In this document: one piece after another, positions 51,600 to 63,769 of the stretch
How positions within the stretch are numbered: the first letter of the stretch is position 1
How the letters are laid out: the number at the start of each line of letters is the position of its first letter
NCBI GenBank assembly: GCA_052327205.1
Contig: JBMRGM010000039.1
Location: 7,874,001 to 7,938,000 of the forward strand
DNA length: 64,000 bases
Source of the DNA: Somniosus microcephalus
Taxonomy: Eukaryota
Direction of reading: 5' to 3'
Notes under the pieces: generated by a model
Databases searched by the model: none
What the model was told of the DNA's origin: nothing
What the model saw: the letters and a program-made list of their open reading frames with translations, nothing else
Program-made: the position numbers and the translations under genes

Positions 51600-52228
51600 C
51601 AGGGGGTTTCACTGGTCCCAGGTGTTAGACTGAGACCGGGGGTTTGACCAGTCCCGGGGGTTTGACTGGTCCAGGGTTTTGACTGGTCCCGGGGGTTTGA
51701 CTGGTCCCAGGGGTTTGACCGGTCCCGGGGGTTTGAATGCACCCGGGGGGTTGACTGGTCCCGGTGGTTTTACTGTTCCCAGTGGTTTGACTGGTCCCGG
51801 GGGTTTGACCGGTCCTGGGGGTTTGACTGGTCCCGGGGGTTTGACCGGTCCCAGGGGTTTGAACAGTCCTGGGGGTTTGACAGGTTCGGAGGGATTGACT
51901 GGTCCCATGGGTTTGACTGGTCCCGGGGGTTTGACTTGTCCTGGGGGTTTGATTGGACCCGGGGGTTTGACAGGTTTGGAGGAATGGACATGTCCCGGGT
52001 GTTTGACCGGTCCTGGGGTTTGACCGGTCCCAGGGGTTTGAACAGTCCTGGGGGTTTGACAGGTTCGGAGGGATTGACTGGTCCCATGGGTTTGACTGGT
52101 CCCGGGGGTTTGACTGGTCCTGGGGGTTTGATTGGACCCGGGGGTTTGACAGGTTTGGAGGAATGGACATGTCCCGGGTGTTTGACCGGTCCTGGGGTTT
52201 GGTTGGACCCGGGGGTTTGACCGGTCAC
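51600..52228. repeat. 18-bp G-rich minisatellite GGGGGTTTGAC(T/C)GGTCCC
   Basis: About 35 units, including a 179-bp higher-order duplication (51842-52020 and 52021-52199). Confidence 0.92.
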
Positions 52229-52682
52229 AGGGGTTAGATCCTTCCCGGTGGTGTGTCCAATTCCCAGTCTTGGGGATGTGGGAACCCGGGGTTCTATCCA
52301 TGGGAGTCGGGCGATGGGTAGAACTTGGGGGTGCGTGGTGAAAGCATTCCAGAAGCCCAGCAAGCCCGGCCAGTCGTAGTTAAACAGGTAAAACAGGTTA
52401 AATCCGAAGCTGCCCGCCTCATTAAAAAATGTATATTGTGTACCCGCCTCTTGGGCGCGCTTCATTGCCCCACCCACCCCCAGCTTCCGTCTCCTTTAAA
52501 CTCGGAAGCGGGCGGGTTGGAGGTGGGTTGGTTCGGGAGGATGTTGTTCAATTTTCACCTCAGACCCGACCCGAACCCAACTGTTTTTGGTGCGTTAAAA
52601 TCCAGCCCTTACTGTCTGGGCTCATACACGGAGAATGTGTGATCAGTAATTACCAGTCTCTTTTCCCTTCTGTGTTTTACAG

Positions 52683-53590
52683 TGAATTTGCTGGCGATTG
52701 TGATCCTGTCCTGGGGAAAGTGCGGGCTCTCCACCTGCACCACTCGCTACCTGGTGGCCATGGCAGCGGCCGATCTCCTGGTCATTGTCACTGAGGTCAT
52801 ACTGCGGAGAATCAGCATGTATTATTTCCCATGGTCTTTCCAGTCCATCACCCCTGTGTGTAGTGTAAACACTGTCCTGACCGCTGCAGCCACAGACTTT
52901 TCTGTCTGGTTCACCGTCACTTTCAACTTTGATCCATTTGCGGCCATTTGTTGCCAGAAGCTGAAATCTAAATATTGCACCGAGAAAACTGCGGCTGTGG
53001 TTCTAGCAACAACCGGCATTCTGCTCTGTTTTAAAAACGTTCCCTTCTACTTTGCAATTCAACCCAGGTGTACAATTGACAACGTGCCGTGGTTCTGTGA
53101 CTCAATCCTGAGCTATTATACTGAACCCGGGTGGGTGGGATTTACCTGGTTTGATCGGGCTTTAACCCCATTGCTCCCATTCGCTTTAATTCTGTCGCTC
53201 AACGCTCTGACAGTCAGACACATTTTAGTGGCCAGTCTGATCCGTAAGGGGCTGAAGGGTGAGAACAAGGGAGAGAAAGCCAGAGACCCAGAGATAGAGA
53301 GCAGAAAGAAGTCTGTAATTTTGCTCTTCACCATATCTGCCAGCTTCATACTGCTCTGGCTGGTCTATGTTATAAATTTCTTATTTTATAACATTGCAGG
53401 AACAAGTCCCCATTATTACAATGGCTCTTTAATTAACTTCAGACAAGTCGGAGTTATGCCGCAGATTTTAAGTTACTGCAGAAACACATTTATTTATGGG
53501 GTGACCCAGTCCAAGTTCAGAGAGCAGCTGAAGAGCGCCGTGAAATATCCACTTACCTCAATTATTCAATACATTAATAATCAGAAATAA
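52683..53590 (+). pseudogene. GPR139-like class A GPCR, exon 2 (TM1 end to C-terminus)
   Basis: Polypyrimidine tract and ACAG acceptor, phase 1 (G|TG = Val). Reads VNLLAIVILS...YLVAMAAADLLV...FDPFAAICC...NTFIY. The frame is open but DRF has become DPF and TM7 carries substitutions. Confidence 0.9.
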
Positions 53591-54429
53591 CTGAATGCAG
53601 CCCAGAGGCGGCTCCCACTGTTTCCAGCCCAGGAATGTAATATTCAGCCCCAGACTGCCATCCACTGACTTACACCAGCAATCGTTGGAGATCTGAAGAT
53701 ACGGCCAGCGGCGGGGCGAGCACTGTATTTAGGACTCGGCGCTGTTTCTAACTGACATTTCCCACGTTGTCTTTCGGGCAGGAACACTAGTTTGCTGCTT
53801 TCACTCTGAGCTCTTCTGTAAAGAGTCCCTTCAGCGACTGAGGGCAGCAATTCATTTGCAGCTTCCAGAGCAACAGCCTGGTCAATAAGTAGGCAGACAG
53901 AGCTGAGCTGCAGTTCAGAGGATTATATTACATGGAACATACAGCACACAAACAGGCCATTCGGCCCAATCAATCTGTGCTGGTGTTTATGCTCCACTCC
54001 AGTCTCCTCTCATTGAATCTACCTCACCTCAGCCTCTCAGAATATCTTTATATACCCCTTTCTAGCATTTACACGTCTAGTTTCCTTCTGAAAAAATCTA
54101 AAGTATTTTCCTCAAACACTTCCTGTGCTAATATGTTCCACATTCTCAACACTCTCTGAGTACAGAAATTGCTCCTTATTTACCTATAGAATTTATTAGT
54201 AACTGTCTTGTATTTATGACCCCAAGTCTTGCATTCTCCCACAAGTGTAAAGAGTCTCTCCACATCCACCCTGTCCAACCCATTCATAATTTTCAAGATC
54301 TTTACCAGGCCTCATCAAAGTCGTCTCTCTTCTATAGCAGAAAGGCCCAACCTGGTTAATCGTTCCCGATAGCTGCAATCTTTCAGTTCTGGTGCCATCC
54401 AAATAAATATTTGTAAGACCGAAGCTATT

Positions 54430-55228
54430 CTTCCCGTTCACAAACTCCGTTGCCTAGGCAACGACTCCATCCCTCTCCTTAGCACCAGTTTGCTGTTTGC
54501 AACATTGGTGTCTTATTTGAGCACGGGATGATCTTCCGACCAGATATTCACTCCATCACCAGGACGGCATACTTCCAACTCCGTAATATCGCCGAAATTC
54601 GCCCCTGCCTCAGCTCATCTGCTGCTCAAACCATCATCCATGCTTTTGGTAGCTCTCGTCTTGATAACACCAACACTCTCCTAGCCAGTTTCCCATCTCC
54701 TACCCTCCCTAACTTGAGCTCCTCCAAACCTGTGCTTCCTGTAACCTAAACCGCACCAAATCCCGGTAAACCACCAGCCCTGTGCTCCGCTGAATTACAT
54801 TGGCTCCCGTTCCGGCAATTCCTCCATTTTAAAATGATCATTCTTGTTTTCAAATCCCTGCATGGCCTCGCCCTCCCTACATCTGCAAGCTCTATCAGCC
54901 CCTCAAAACTCCCGAGATCTCTGTGCTCCTCTAATTCTGGCCTATTGCACATCATTGATTTTAGCTGCTCCACCATTGGCGGCTGTGCTTTCAGTTGCCT
55001 GGGCCCTCAACTCAGGAATCCCCTCCCTAAACCTCTCTGCTTCTCTAAATCGCCCTCCCTCTTTAAGATACTGCTTAAAACATACCACTTTGACTAAGCT
55101 TTTGGTCATCTTTCCTAATATCTTGCTTATGTGGCTCAGGGTAAGGTTTTGTTCAATAACGCTCGCATGAATCGCTTGGGCAATTTTGCTATGTTAAAGG
55201 CGCTATATAAATGAAATTGTTCTTGTTG
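54430..55228 (+). mobile_element. L2 LINE 3' fragment
   Basis: AYFQLRNIA.IRP.L...IHAF.SSRLD and LHWLP motifs; L2 tail TAAAGGCGCTATATAAATG. Confidence 0.88.
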
Positions 55229-55696
55229 TAAGTCTTTTTTTGCACGTTCTCCATTTGTTCTATTCCATTTTTATGTCATGGTGAGCATAACTATGCACAG
55301 TTCTCTAAGTGTGACCTGACCCGGGTCCTAGACATGTTTAATACTATTTACAAAGTATTTACAGCACAGAGACAGGCCAGTCGACTCAAAATTCCACGTG
55401 GTGTCCATGCTCCACAGGACCCTCCTTCATCTAACCCAGTAAAAATATCGTTCCATTCCATTCCCCCTCATGTGCTTGTCTCACTCCCCTTTAAATATGT
55501 CTCTGCTATTCGCATCAACTGGTCCTTGTGTTAGCAAGTTGCACATTCTGACCAGTCATTTCTTAAACAGTTTTCTCCTCAATTCCCTATTAGGTTTATT
55601 AATGATTATCTTAAATCTATGACCCCAAGTTCTGGTCTCCCCTGCAAGTGCAAACACCTTCATCAATCTACCCTATGAAACCCTTTCGTAATCTCA

Positions 55697-58520
55697 AAGA
55701 ACATAAGAACATAAGAACATATGAAATAGGAGCAGGAGTAGGCCAATCGGCCCCTCGAGCCTGCTCCGCCATTCAATAAGATCATGGCTGATCTGATCCT
55801 GACCACCAATCCACTATCCCAGAACCATCTCCTGAATCTAACAGAATCAGACACACGAAATAGTAGCAGGATCAGGCTACACGGCCCCTGGGCCCGCTCC
55901 ACTACCCACAGGGCCATGACCGATCCGAACCTAGTCTCATGTCCAATTCCCTGCCCGCTCCCCGTAACCTTTAATTCCCTTTACTTGTAGGAAACTGTCT
56001 ATTTCTGTTTTAAATTTATGTAATGATGTAGCTTCTACAGCTTTTTGGGGCAGCATATTCCATGGACCTACCACCCTCTGAGTGAAGTAGTTCCTCCTCA
56101 TCCCAGTTTTGAAAGAGCAGCCCCTTATTCTAAGACTATGCCCCCTAGTTCTAGTTTCACCCATCATCGGGAACATCTTCCCTGCATCCACCCGATCCAA
56201 CCCCTTCACAATCTTATACGTTTCAATAAGATCGCCTCTCATACTTCTGAACTCCAATGAGTAGTGTCCCAATCTGCTCAACCTCTCCTCATATGTCCAT
56301 CCCCTCATCCCCGGGATTAACCGAGTGAACCTTCTTTGTACTGACTCGATAAGAAGTATGTCCTTTCTTAAGTATGGACACCAAAACTGTACGCAGTATT
56401 CCAGGTGCGGTCTCACCAATACCTTGTACAACTGAAGCAATACCTCCCTATTTTTATATTCTATCCCCCTAGCAATGAAAGCCAACATTCCATTGGCCTT
56501 CTTAATCACTTGCTGCACCTGCATACTAATCTTTTGAGTTTCGTGCACCAGGACCCCCAGATCCCTTTGTACTTCAGTACTTTCCAGTTTCTTGCCATTA
56601 AGATAATAACTTGCTCTACTATTTTTCCTGCCAAAGTGCATAACCTCGCACTTTCCAGTATTGTATTCCATCTGCCAAATCTCTGCCCACTTACTTAGCC
56701 TGTCTATGTCCCCTTGCAGTTTTTTTATGTCCTCCTCACTCACTAATTTCCCTCCCATCTTAGTATCATCTGCAAACTTTGATATGTTACACTCGGTCCC
56801 CTCCTCCAAATCGTTTATATAGATTGTAAAGAGTTGGGGACCCAGCACTGACCCCTGCGGAACACCACTAGTTACTGATTGCCAGTCTGAGAATGAACCA
56901 TTTATCCCAACTCTCTGCCTTCTGTTAGATAGCCAATCCTCTATCCATGCCAGAATATTACCCCCAATCCCGTGATTTTTTATCTTAAGCAATAATCTTT
57001 TATGTGGCACCTTGTCAAATGCCTTTTTGAAGTCTAAATACACTACGTCCACTGGTTACCCTTTATCCACCCTATACATTACTACCTCAAAGAACTCCAG
57101 CAAATTTGTCAAACATGACTTCCCCTTCATAAAACCATGCTGCCTTTGTCCTATTAAATTATGATTATCCAAATGTCCTGTTACTGTCTCCTTAATAATG
57201 GACTCCAAAATTTTGCCTACCACAGATGGTAGGCTAACCGGTCTATAGTTTCCAGCCTTCTGTCTACTGCCCTTTTTAAATAAGGGTGTTACATTTGCAG
57301 TTTTCCAGTCTGCCGGGACCTTTGCCGAGTCCAGGGAGTTTTGGAAAATGATTACCAACATCCACAATCCCTACCGCCACTTCCCTCAAGATCCTAGGAT
57401 GTAAGCCATCAGGTCCAGGTGATTTATCCGCCTTGAGTCCCATTATTTTACCGAGTACCACTTCCTTAGTGATTTTGATCGTGTTTAGCTCCTCCCCCCC
57501 TTTAGCCCCCTGTTTGTCCAGTGTTGGGGTATTCTTAGTGTCTTCTACTGTAAAGACTGATGTAAAATATTCATTCAGTGTTTTTGCCATCTCCATATTT
57601 CCCACCATTAATTTCCCGGTCTCATCCTCTAAGGGACCAACATTTACTTTAGCCACCCTTTTTCTTTTTATATAACTATAAAAACTCTTACTATCTGTTT
57701 TTATATTTTTTGCTAATTTACTTTCATAATCTATCTTCCCTTTCTTAATCAATCTTTTTGTTATTTTTGGCTGTATTTTAAAGTTTTCCCATTGCTCTAT
57801 CTTCCCACTTGATTTAGCTACCTTATATGCCCTTGTTTTTAGTCGAATACTATCCTTAATTTCTTTACTTAGCCATAGATGGCTGTCTTTGCTTTTACAC
57901 ACTTTTCTTCTCAGTGGAATATATTTTTTTTGGAAGTTGTAAAATAACTCCCTAAATGTACACCACTGATCATGTATCGTCTTACCCTTTAATCTATTTT
58001 CCCAATCCACTCTACTCAATTCCGCTCTCATACCTTCATAGTCTCCTTTATTCAAGCTTAGCATGCTTGTTTGAGATCCAACCGTCTCACCCTCTAATTG
58101 AATATGGAATTCAGCCATGTTATGGTCACTCATTCCAAGGGGATCCTTTACTAGGACATTTTTAATTAATCCTGTCTCGTTACACAGGACCAGATCTAAG
58201 ATGCTTGCCCCCTGGTCGGTTCAGTTGCATGCTGCTCAAGAAACCCATCCCTAATACAATCAATGAACTCATCTCAAGGCAGCCCTGCCCAATTTGATTT
58301 GTCCAATTAATATGATAGTTAAAATCCCCCATAATTATAGATGTTCCCTTATTGCAAGCCTCAACTATTTCCTGATTGATACTCCGTCCAACAGAGTTGC
58401 CACTGTTCGGCGGCCTATATACTATGCCCACTCGTGTTATTTGCCCTTATTATTCCTTACCTCCACCCAAACTGTTTCATTATCCAGATCTTTTGACCCA
58501 ATATCATTTCTCTGTGTTAC
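55697..58520 (-). mobile_element. Relatively young CR1 LINE ORF2 fragment, inserted in an older CR1
   Basis: 371-aa open RT/C-terminal ORF with FADD, upstream endonuclease pieces and an (AAGAACAT)n tail on the + strand. Confidence 0.95.
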
Positions 58521-59034
58521 ATTATCTGATTATCCCTCAGTCTTCATTTCCCTAAAGAAAAGAGCCCCAGCCTGTTGAGTCTTACCTGACAGGTATAACC
58601 TCTCAGTTCTGGTATAATTCTAGTAAATACTTCGCCTTCGCCAGTGCCTCTGTGCCCTTTTTTTAAGATGGAGACTATGCTCACAGTACACCAAGTGTGG
58701 TCTAACCAAGGTTCCATACAAGTTTAAAATAACTTCTATTTATTTACAAATCTATGCCTCTGGTAATGAACCCCAGTGCTTTCTTTGTTTTTATGGCCTT
58801 ATCAACCTGCATTGCAACTTATACTGATTTATATAACTGTACCCTCTCATCCCTCTGTCCCTCAACCCCGTTTAGAACTTATTTTCGAAGGAGTATGTGA
58901 CCTCTGTACACTTCCTATTAAAATGCACTACCTCACATTTTTCTATATGAGGTTCATTTACCCATTCTGCTAGTTGAATAAAGTCTTCCTGGATTTTGTC
59001 GCAGTCCTCTGTATTAACTGTGAACCCTCATTTT

Positions 59035-59632
59035 AGGTAAGAAATCACACAACACCAGGCTATAGTCCAACAGCTTTATTTGAAATCACAAGCTTTCGGA
59101 GCGCTGCTCCTTCTTCAGGTGAAGTGGAGAAATGCATAAAGACACAGCTTATATAGTCAGAGAATCATGTCAGATGTTTACAGGTAACCTTTCCAACTGC
59201 CATTTATCGCACCTCGGCAGAGAGATAATCACAGCAGTCAAAGGTGTGAATGGTGTCCAAACAGGTCAGTCAGGGAAACATTACATCAAAGAACAATGAG
59301 GTGGGGTCACAAGGGGTCAAATATTGCAGATGCTGGGGTCTGTATGAAAAACAAAAAAACAGACAAAAAACATTTTTTTTGGCTGGAAATCACAGCAGGT
59401 CCAGCCGCATGTGTGTAGAGAGAACAAGCCAATGTCGACTCGAGTCTGGATGACCCTGCATCAGGTGGGGTTACATGTAGCGTGACATGAACCCAAGATC
59501 TCGGTTAAGGCCGTCCTCATGGGTGCGGAACTTGGCTATCAGTTTCTGCTCGACGATTTTGCGTTGTCGTGTGTCTCGAAGGCCACCTTGGAGAATGCTT
59601 ACCCGAAGATCGGAGGCTGAATGTCCTTGGCT
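59035..59632 (-). mobile_element. Penelope-like fragments
   Basis: GHSASDLRVSILQGGL...EQKLIAKF.T...GLNRD GIY-YIG C-terminus, with pLTR-type tails containing hammerhead cores. Confidence 0.8.
59086..59122 (-). ncRNA. Minimal type I hammerhead ribozyme (Penelope-associated)
   Basis: UCAC-CUGAAGA-A-GGAGC-agc-GCUCC-GAAA-GC-UU-GUGA has the conserved cores, a 5-bp stem II, a 4-bp stem I and a palindromic stem III. Confidence 0.75.
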
Positions 59633-59939
59633 GAATGTCACTTTAGGTGGCATCCACAATGTTTGCAATTGCACTTCCGATTCCTGAGTCCGAATTGTTT
59701 AAGTAAATGGTGAACAAATGTGTTCCCAGCACCGATGCTTGTGAATCATCACTTCCCACCATTGGCCAACTTCGCTTCTTTTGAATTCTATCACCTTAGA
59801 AATAAACCCCAAATCATTGTTAGCATTTTAATTGCTTTGCTGTCCAGTGATACTGCTTTTAATTTTTTGTTCACCTCTAGCCCTACAGCCCTTTGCACTT
59901 CTGCCAGGTTCAGTTTCTTATTTTCTAACGTATCTGTGA

Positions 59940-62200
59940 TTATAGAATCATGGAATGATACAGCACAAAAGGAGGCCATTCGGCCCACCATACCTGTTCC
60001 GGCTCTTTGGAAACACTGTCCAATTAATCCCACTCCTCTGCTCTTACCCCTGTATTTTTTTTATCTCAAATATTTTTTCCAAATCCACATTGAAATTACT
60101 ATTGAATCTGCTTCCACCGCCCTTTCAGGCAGCGCATTCCAGATCACAACAACTCGCTGTATATAACAAAAACTTCCTCATGTTGTCTCGGGTTCTTTTG
60201 CATTAAGTATGTGTCCTCTGGTGACCCCACTGCCACTGGAAACAGTTGCTCCTTAATTACTCTATTAACTCTATTTAGGCTTATGAACAGACCGTGCACT
60301 CAATCGTCTCCACACCTTCTGCGTCTCGCTTATTCAGATAGCCACCACTTTTACATTGTTGTTTCTTCCATTTTTTACAATCTATCGACTGCCCCCCCCA
60401 TTGCTGCCACTCTCGCACCCACCATCTATCCGCCGTTAAGCCGTTCACCCTTCCAAACTTGCTGTTTGAACCGCACCTGCCATCTGCTCCTGTGCTCCAA
60501 TCCGATTAATATAACATGAATATTTTTTTTCCAATCTAACCTTTCCAGACAGTGAAAATACATTAAGACAAGGATAAGCCAAGTTCCGTTCTCTATAAGT
60601 AGGTGGTGAGCAGGAGTCTGTGTTCAGGATGCTGGTCAGATGTGTTTTTCATTCCATTAATCTGAGGAATGTTTGATTAGGAGGGCAAATATTCCCTTTT
60701 ATTGTCTCCTCTTATAATTGTGGTAACTTTCACGCTCAATGCGTCAGGAATAGTTCAGTTCAGAGAGCTTTAGAAGGAAGGTCACAATGAGCCACCTATG
60801 CTCAGAATTTTATTACCACAATTGGCACAATTCTCAAATATTTTCCTATGGAAATGGTTGTCGTTCTTTCTACCGTTGTTTTTTTCTTCCCTCAGGCTCG
60901 TTCTCTCCACTCTCACTGACTCTCTGCCGCCGGTTCTCTCGTTTTATTTGTTGTCCTCTTGCACTGTTTCCCATCAGGTTCACATTCTCCGCTCAAAATT
61001 GCACTTCCTTAGCGCCTTTCACCACCTCAGGGCATCCCAACGCTCTTTACAGCGAATGAAGTATTTTAAAGTGTATCAATATGACAATAATACATTTTCA
61101 GCCTGACACAGAGAGAGGAATGGATTCGATTTTAGGCGTTGTTACTTTTCCAGAGAGCACGAACGATCAGAGACTCAGAAGGCACAACACCAGCCGGCAA
61201 CTCATTTCTGCCACTGGGAACAGTTGCTCCTTAATTACCCTATTAAACCTATTTAGGCTTTTGAACAGCTCTATCAAATCTCCTCTTAACATTCTCAGCT
61301 TTAATCTGAACAACCCCAGCTACTCCAGTCTCTTCACATAACTGAAGTCCCTTATCCCTGGTACCATTCTCCTAACTTTCCTCTTAACCTTCTCTGCTCT
61401 AATCAGAACAAACCCAGCTTCTCCAGTCTCTCCACATAACTGAAGTCCCTTATCCCTGATACCATTCTAGTAAACCTCCTCTTAACCTTCTCTGCTCTAA
61501 TCAGAATAACCCCAGCTTCTCCAGTCTCTCCACATAACTGAAGTCCCTTATCCCTGGTACCATTCAAGTAAATCTCCTCTTAACCTTCCCAGCTCTGATC
61601 AGAACAACCCCAGCTTCTCCATTCTCTCCACATAACTGAAGTCCCTTATCCCTGGAACAATTCCAGTAAATCTCATCTTAACCTTCTCTGCTCTAATCTG
61701 AACAACCCCAGCTTCTGCAGTCTCTCCACATAACTGAATTCCCTTATCCCTGGTACCATTCCAGCAAATCTCCTCTTAACCTTCTCAGCTCTAACCTGAA
61801 CAACCCCAGCTACTCCAGTCTCTTCACATAACTGAAGTCCCTTATCCCTGGTACCATTCTAGTAAATCTCTTCTGCACACGCTCAAAGGCCTTAAAATTT
61901 TCCTAAAGTTTGGTGCCCAGAATGGGACACAATACTCCACCTGAAGCCTAATCAGCTCTTTATAAAATGTTCTCATAACTACTGTGCTTTTGTACTTTAT
62001 TGCTTATTAATAAAGCGAAGGATCCCATATGCTTTATTAACATACTTATCAAATTGTCCGGCCGCCTTCAAAAATTAGTTCACATACATGCCTAGGTCCC
62101 TCTGTTCCTGCACTCCCTTTAAAGATGTGCCATTGAGATCACATTGTTTCTTCTCATTTTTCACTTCACAATTCTCTCTGTTAAATAGAATCTGCCAAGT
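59940..62200 (-). mobile_element. CR1 3' fragment, interrupted and internally amplified
   Basis: Tail at 59940 and CR1 ORF2 C-terminal sequence continuing to about 62200. A Deu/SacSINE-like remnant lies at about 61003-61075 within the interruption. Confidence 0.75.
61277..61874. repeat. 98-bp tandem array (6 copies) derived from CR1 ORF2
   Basis: TTAAC anchors at 61286, 61384, 61482, 61580, 61678 and 61776. Confidence 0.93.
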
Positions 62201-63216
62201 GCCTGCCTAATTGAATCAGATTTCGGATTATGCTGCATGCAAAGTGATTGGATTCGGAAAGAAACGCCATCAGAGAAGAGCAGGATCATGTCAAGGACGT
62301 ATCTGAAGCACTCAAAACCTCCAGCCTGAGGTACAGTTTATAAGGGTAAAGACACAGCAAACTTTTCTTGGCCTTTAGATTCTTGCTTTCGGCTCCAATT
62401 ATATTTTATTCTGTTAATGCAAAATATGTCAGTAAACTGAGTAACGAGATAACTTTATATGCATGAATGAGGGTCAGTTAGAAGGTGTTGCATGAATGAC
62501 ATTTTAACCGAAGTAAGTCATGATCATATTGAATGGTGGAGCAGGCTCGAAGTGCTGAATGGCGTACTCTTGCTCCTATTTCTTATGCACTCTTGTTGAC
62601 CTGTCAGTCTGCATCCCCTTGAAGTATGTTACTATCCTCCTCGTTGTGTGCTGCTTTTCTGAGTTTCGATGCCCTATATACTTCCCTCCAGTATGAAAAA
62701 GAACCCGTCACCACAACTCTCTGCTTTCTGACCCTTAGCCAATTTGGTATCCATGCTGCCCTGTCCCATTAATCCCATGGGCTATAATTTTGCGACCAGG
62801 TATGTCATGTGGTACTTTGTCAAACGCCTTTTCAATGTCCATATACACAACATCAACCACACTACCCTCATGATGCTTCTATTTTCCGACCAAAGTGCAT
62901 CGCCTTGCATTAATCGATGTTAAACTTCACTTGCCACTTAACTGCGCAGTCTGTACGTTTTCTAATGTCTACTGTGAGAAGTCATATAGAGAAATGACTT
63001 TTCAATATTTGAAGCAAAGCATCAGTGTATTGAATATAAAACAATAATCCATATATATAAAAGGATTGTGGTGTCTGTCTGTCTGCCTACCTACACATAT
63101 GCTATAACAAATGAAAGCTTATGATTAGGGGAGTGTCATAGACGTATTTACTTTTTGGCCAGACAAACGTTGTTCGGACAGTATACAAAAAACGTTCACA
63201 AAACGGACAAAATCCA

Positions 63217-63390
63217 CTCATTAGCTGTTGACCAATCCTACGGGGGAATCTGCTCATTAGCGTTGACTGACGTGAAGGTTGACCAATCCTACGGGGGGAG
63301 CGCGCTGCGTCACGGGGGGCGTTTCATGGTGTGTGTGGGCGTGGCCTAATGCTTCAAACTGCCGTTAGTGCCTCACAAAATGGCAGCCAC
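63217..63390 (+). promoter_or_regulatory. CpG-rich housekeeping-type promoter
   Basis: CCAAT boxes at 63232 and 63283, CRE-like TGACGTGA at 63268 and TGCGTCA at 63306, GC box GGGCGTGGC at 63337, YY1-like CAAAATGGC at 63376. Confidence 0.7.
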
Positions 63391-63571
63391 CCATCTTCAC
63401 CCACAAAATCTCCCTCCGGCTCTCACCTTTTACCGGGGGAGAGGCTGCTTTAAATTAGATTCACTCAGTGGCGTCTCTCTTTATCTGCTTTGATGCGGCC
63501 CGAGAGACAGCGTGTGGGGGAGCAGCGGCGGTGGGGTGTTTGTTATGGATAAACTCTGCCTCTGTCCGACC

Positions 63572-63737
63572 ATGGGCCCCAGTCCCACCCTCTGTCTCCT
63601 CCTCCTCCTTCTCGCCGCTTTCTCCCCTCTCTCCTGTGACCCCGGCCTCTCCGCTCTGCAGGATGTCACTGCCGAGCTCATCGGGTCGGGGTCCCGGGGA
63701 ACCATGGCCGCTTTCGGAGACTTCAACTCGGTGACAG
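63572..63737 (+). CDS. ITFG1: T-cell immunomodulatory protein (ITFG1/TIP/LINKIN)-like coding exon 1, with an in-frame deletion
   Basis: Kozak ACCATGG, a signal peptide, then ALQDVTAELIGSGSRGTMAAFGDFNS, compared with human (from memory) ALHNVTAELFGAEAWGTLAAFGDLNS. Strong donor CAG|GTGAGG, phase 1. Confidence 0.85.
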
Positions 63738-63769
63738 GTGAGGAGGGTGTTTGTTATTCACGTTAGGTG

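Noticed and set aside
51609-52477. Collagen-like GLTGPG and extensin-like PVKPPG ORFs
   Set aside because: They are products of an intronic 18-bp minisatellite, with a frameshift inside the 179-bp duplication and no signal peptide or splice context.
62210-62345. Unique sequence that might be a PHKB or other exon
   Set aside because: No frame resembles a protein I recognise; a homology search is needed.
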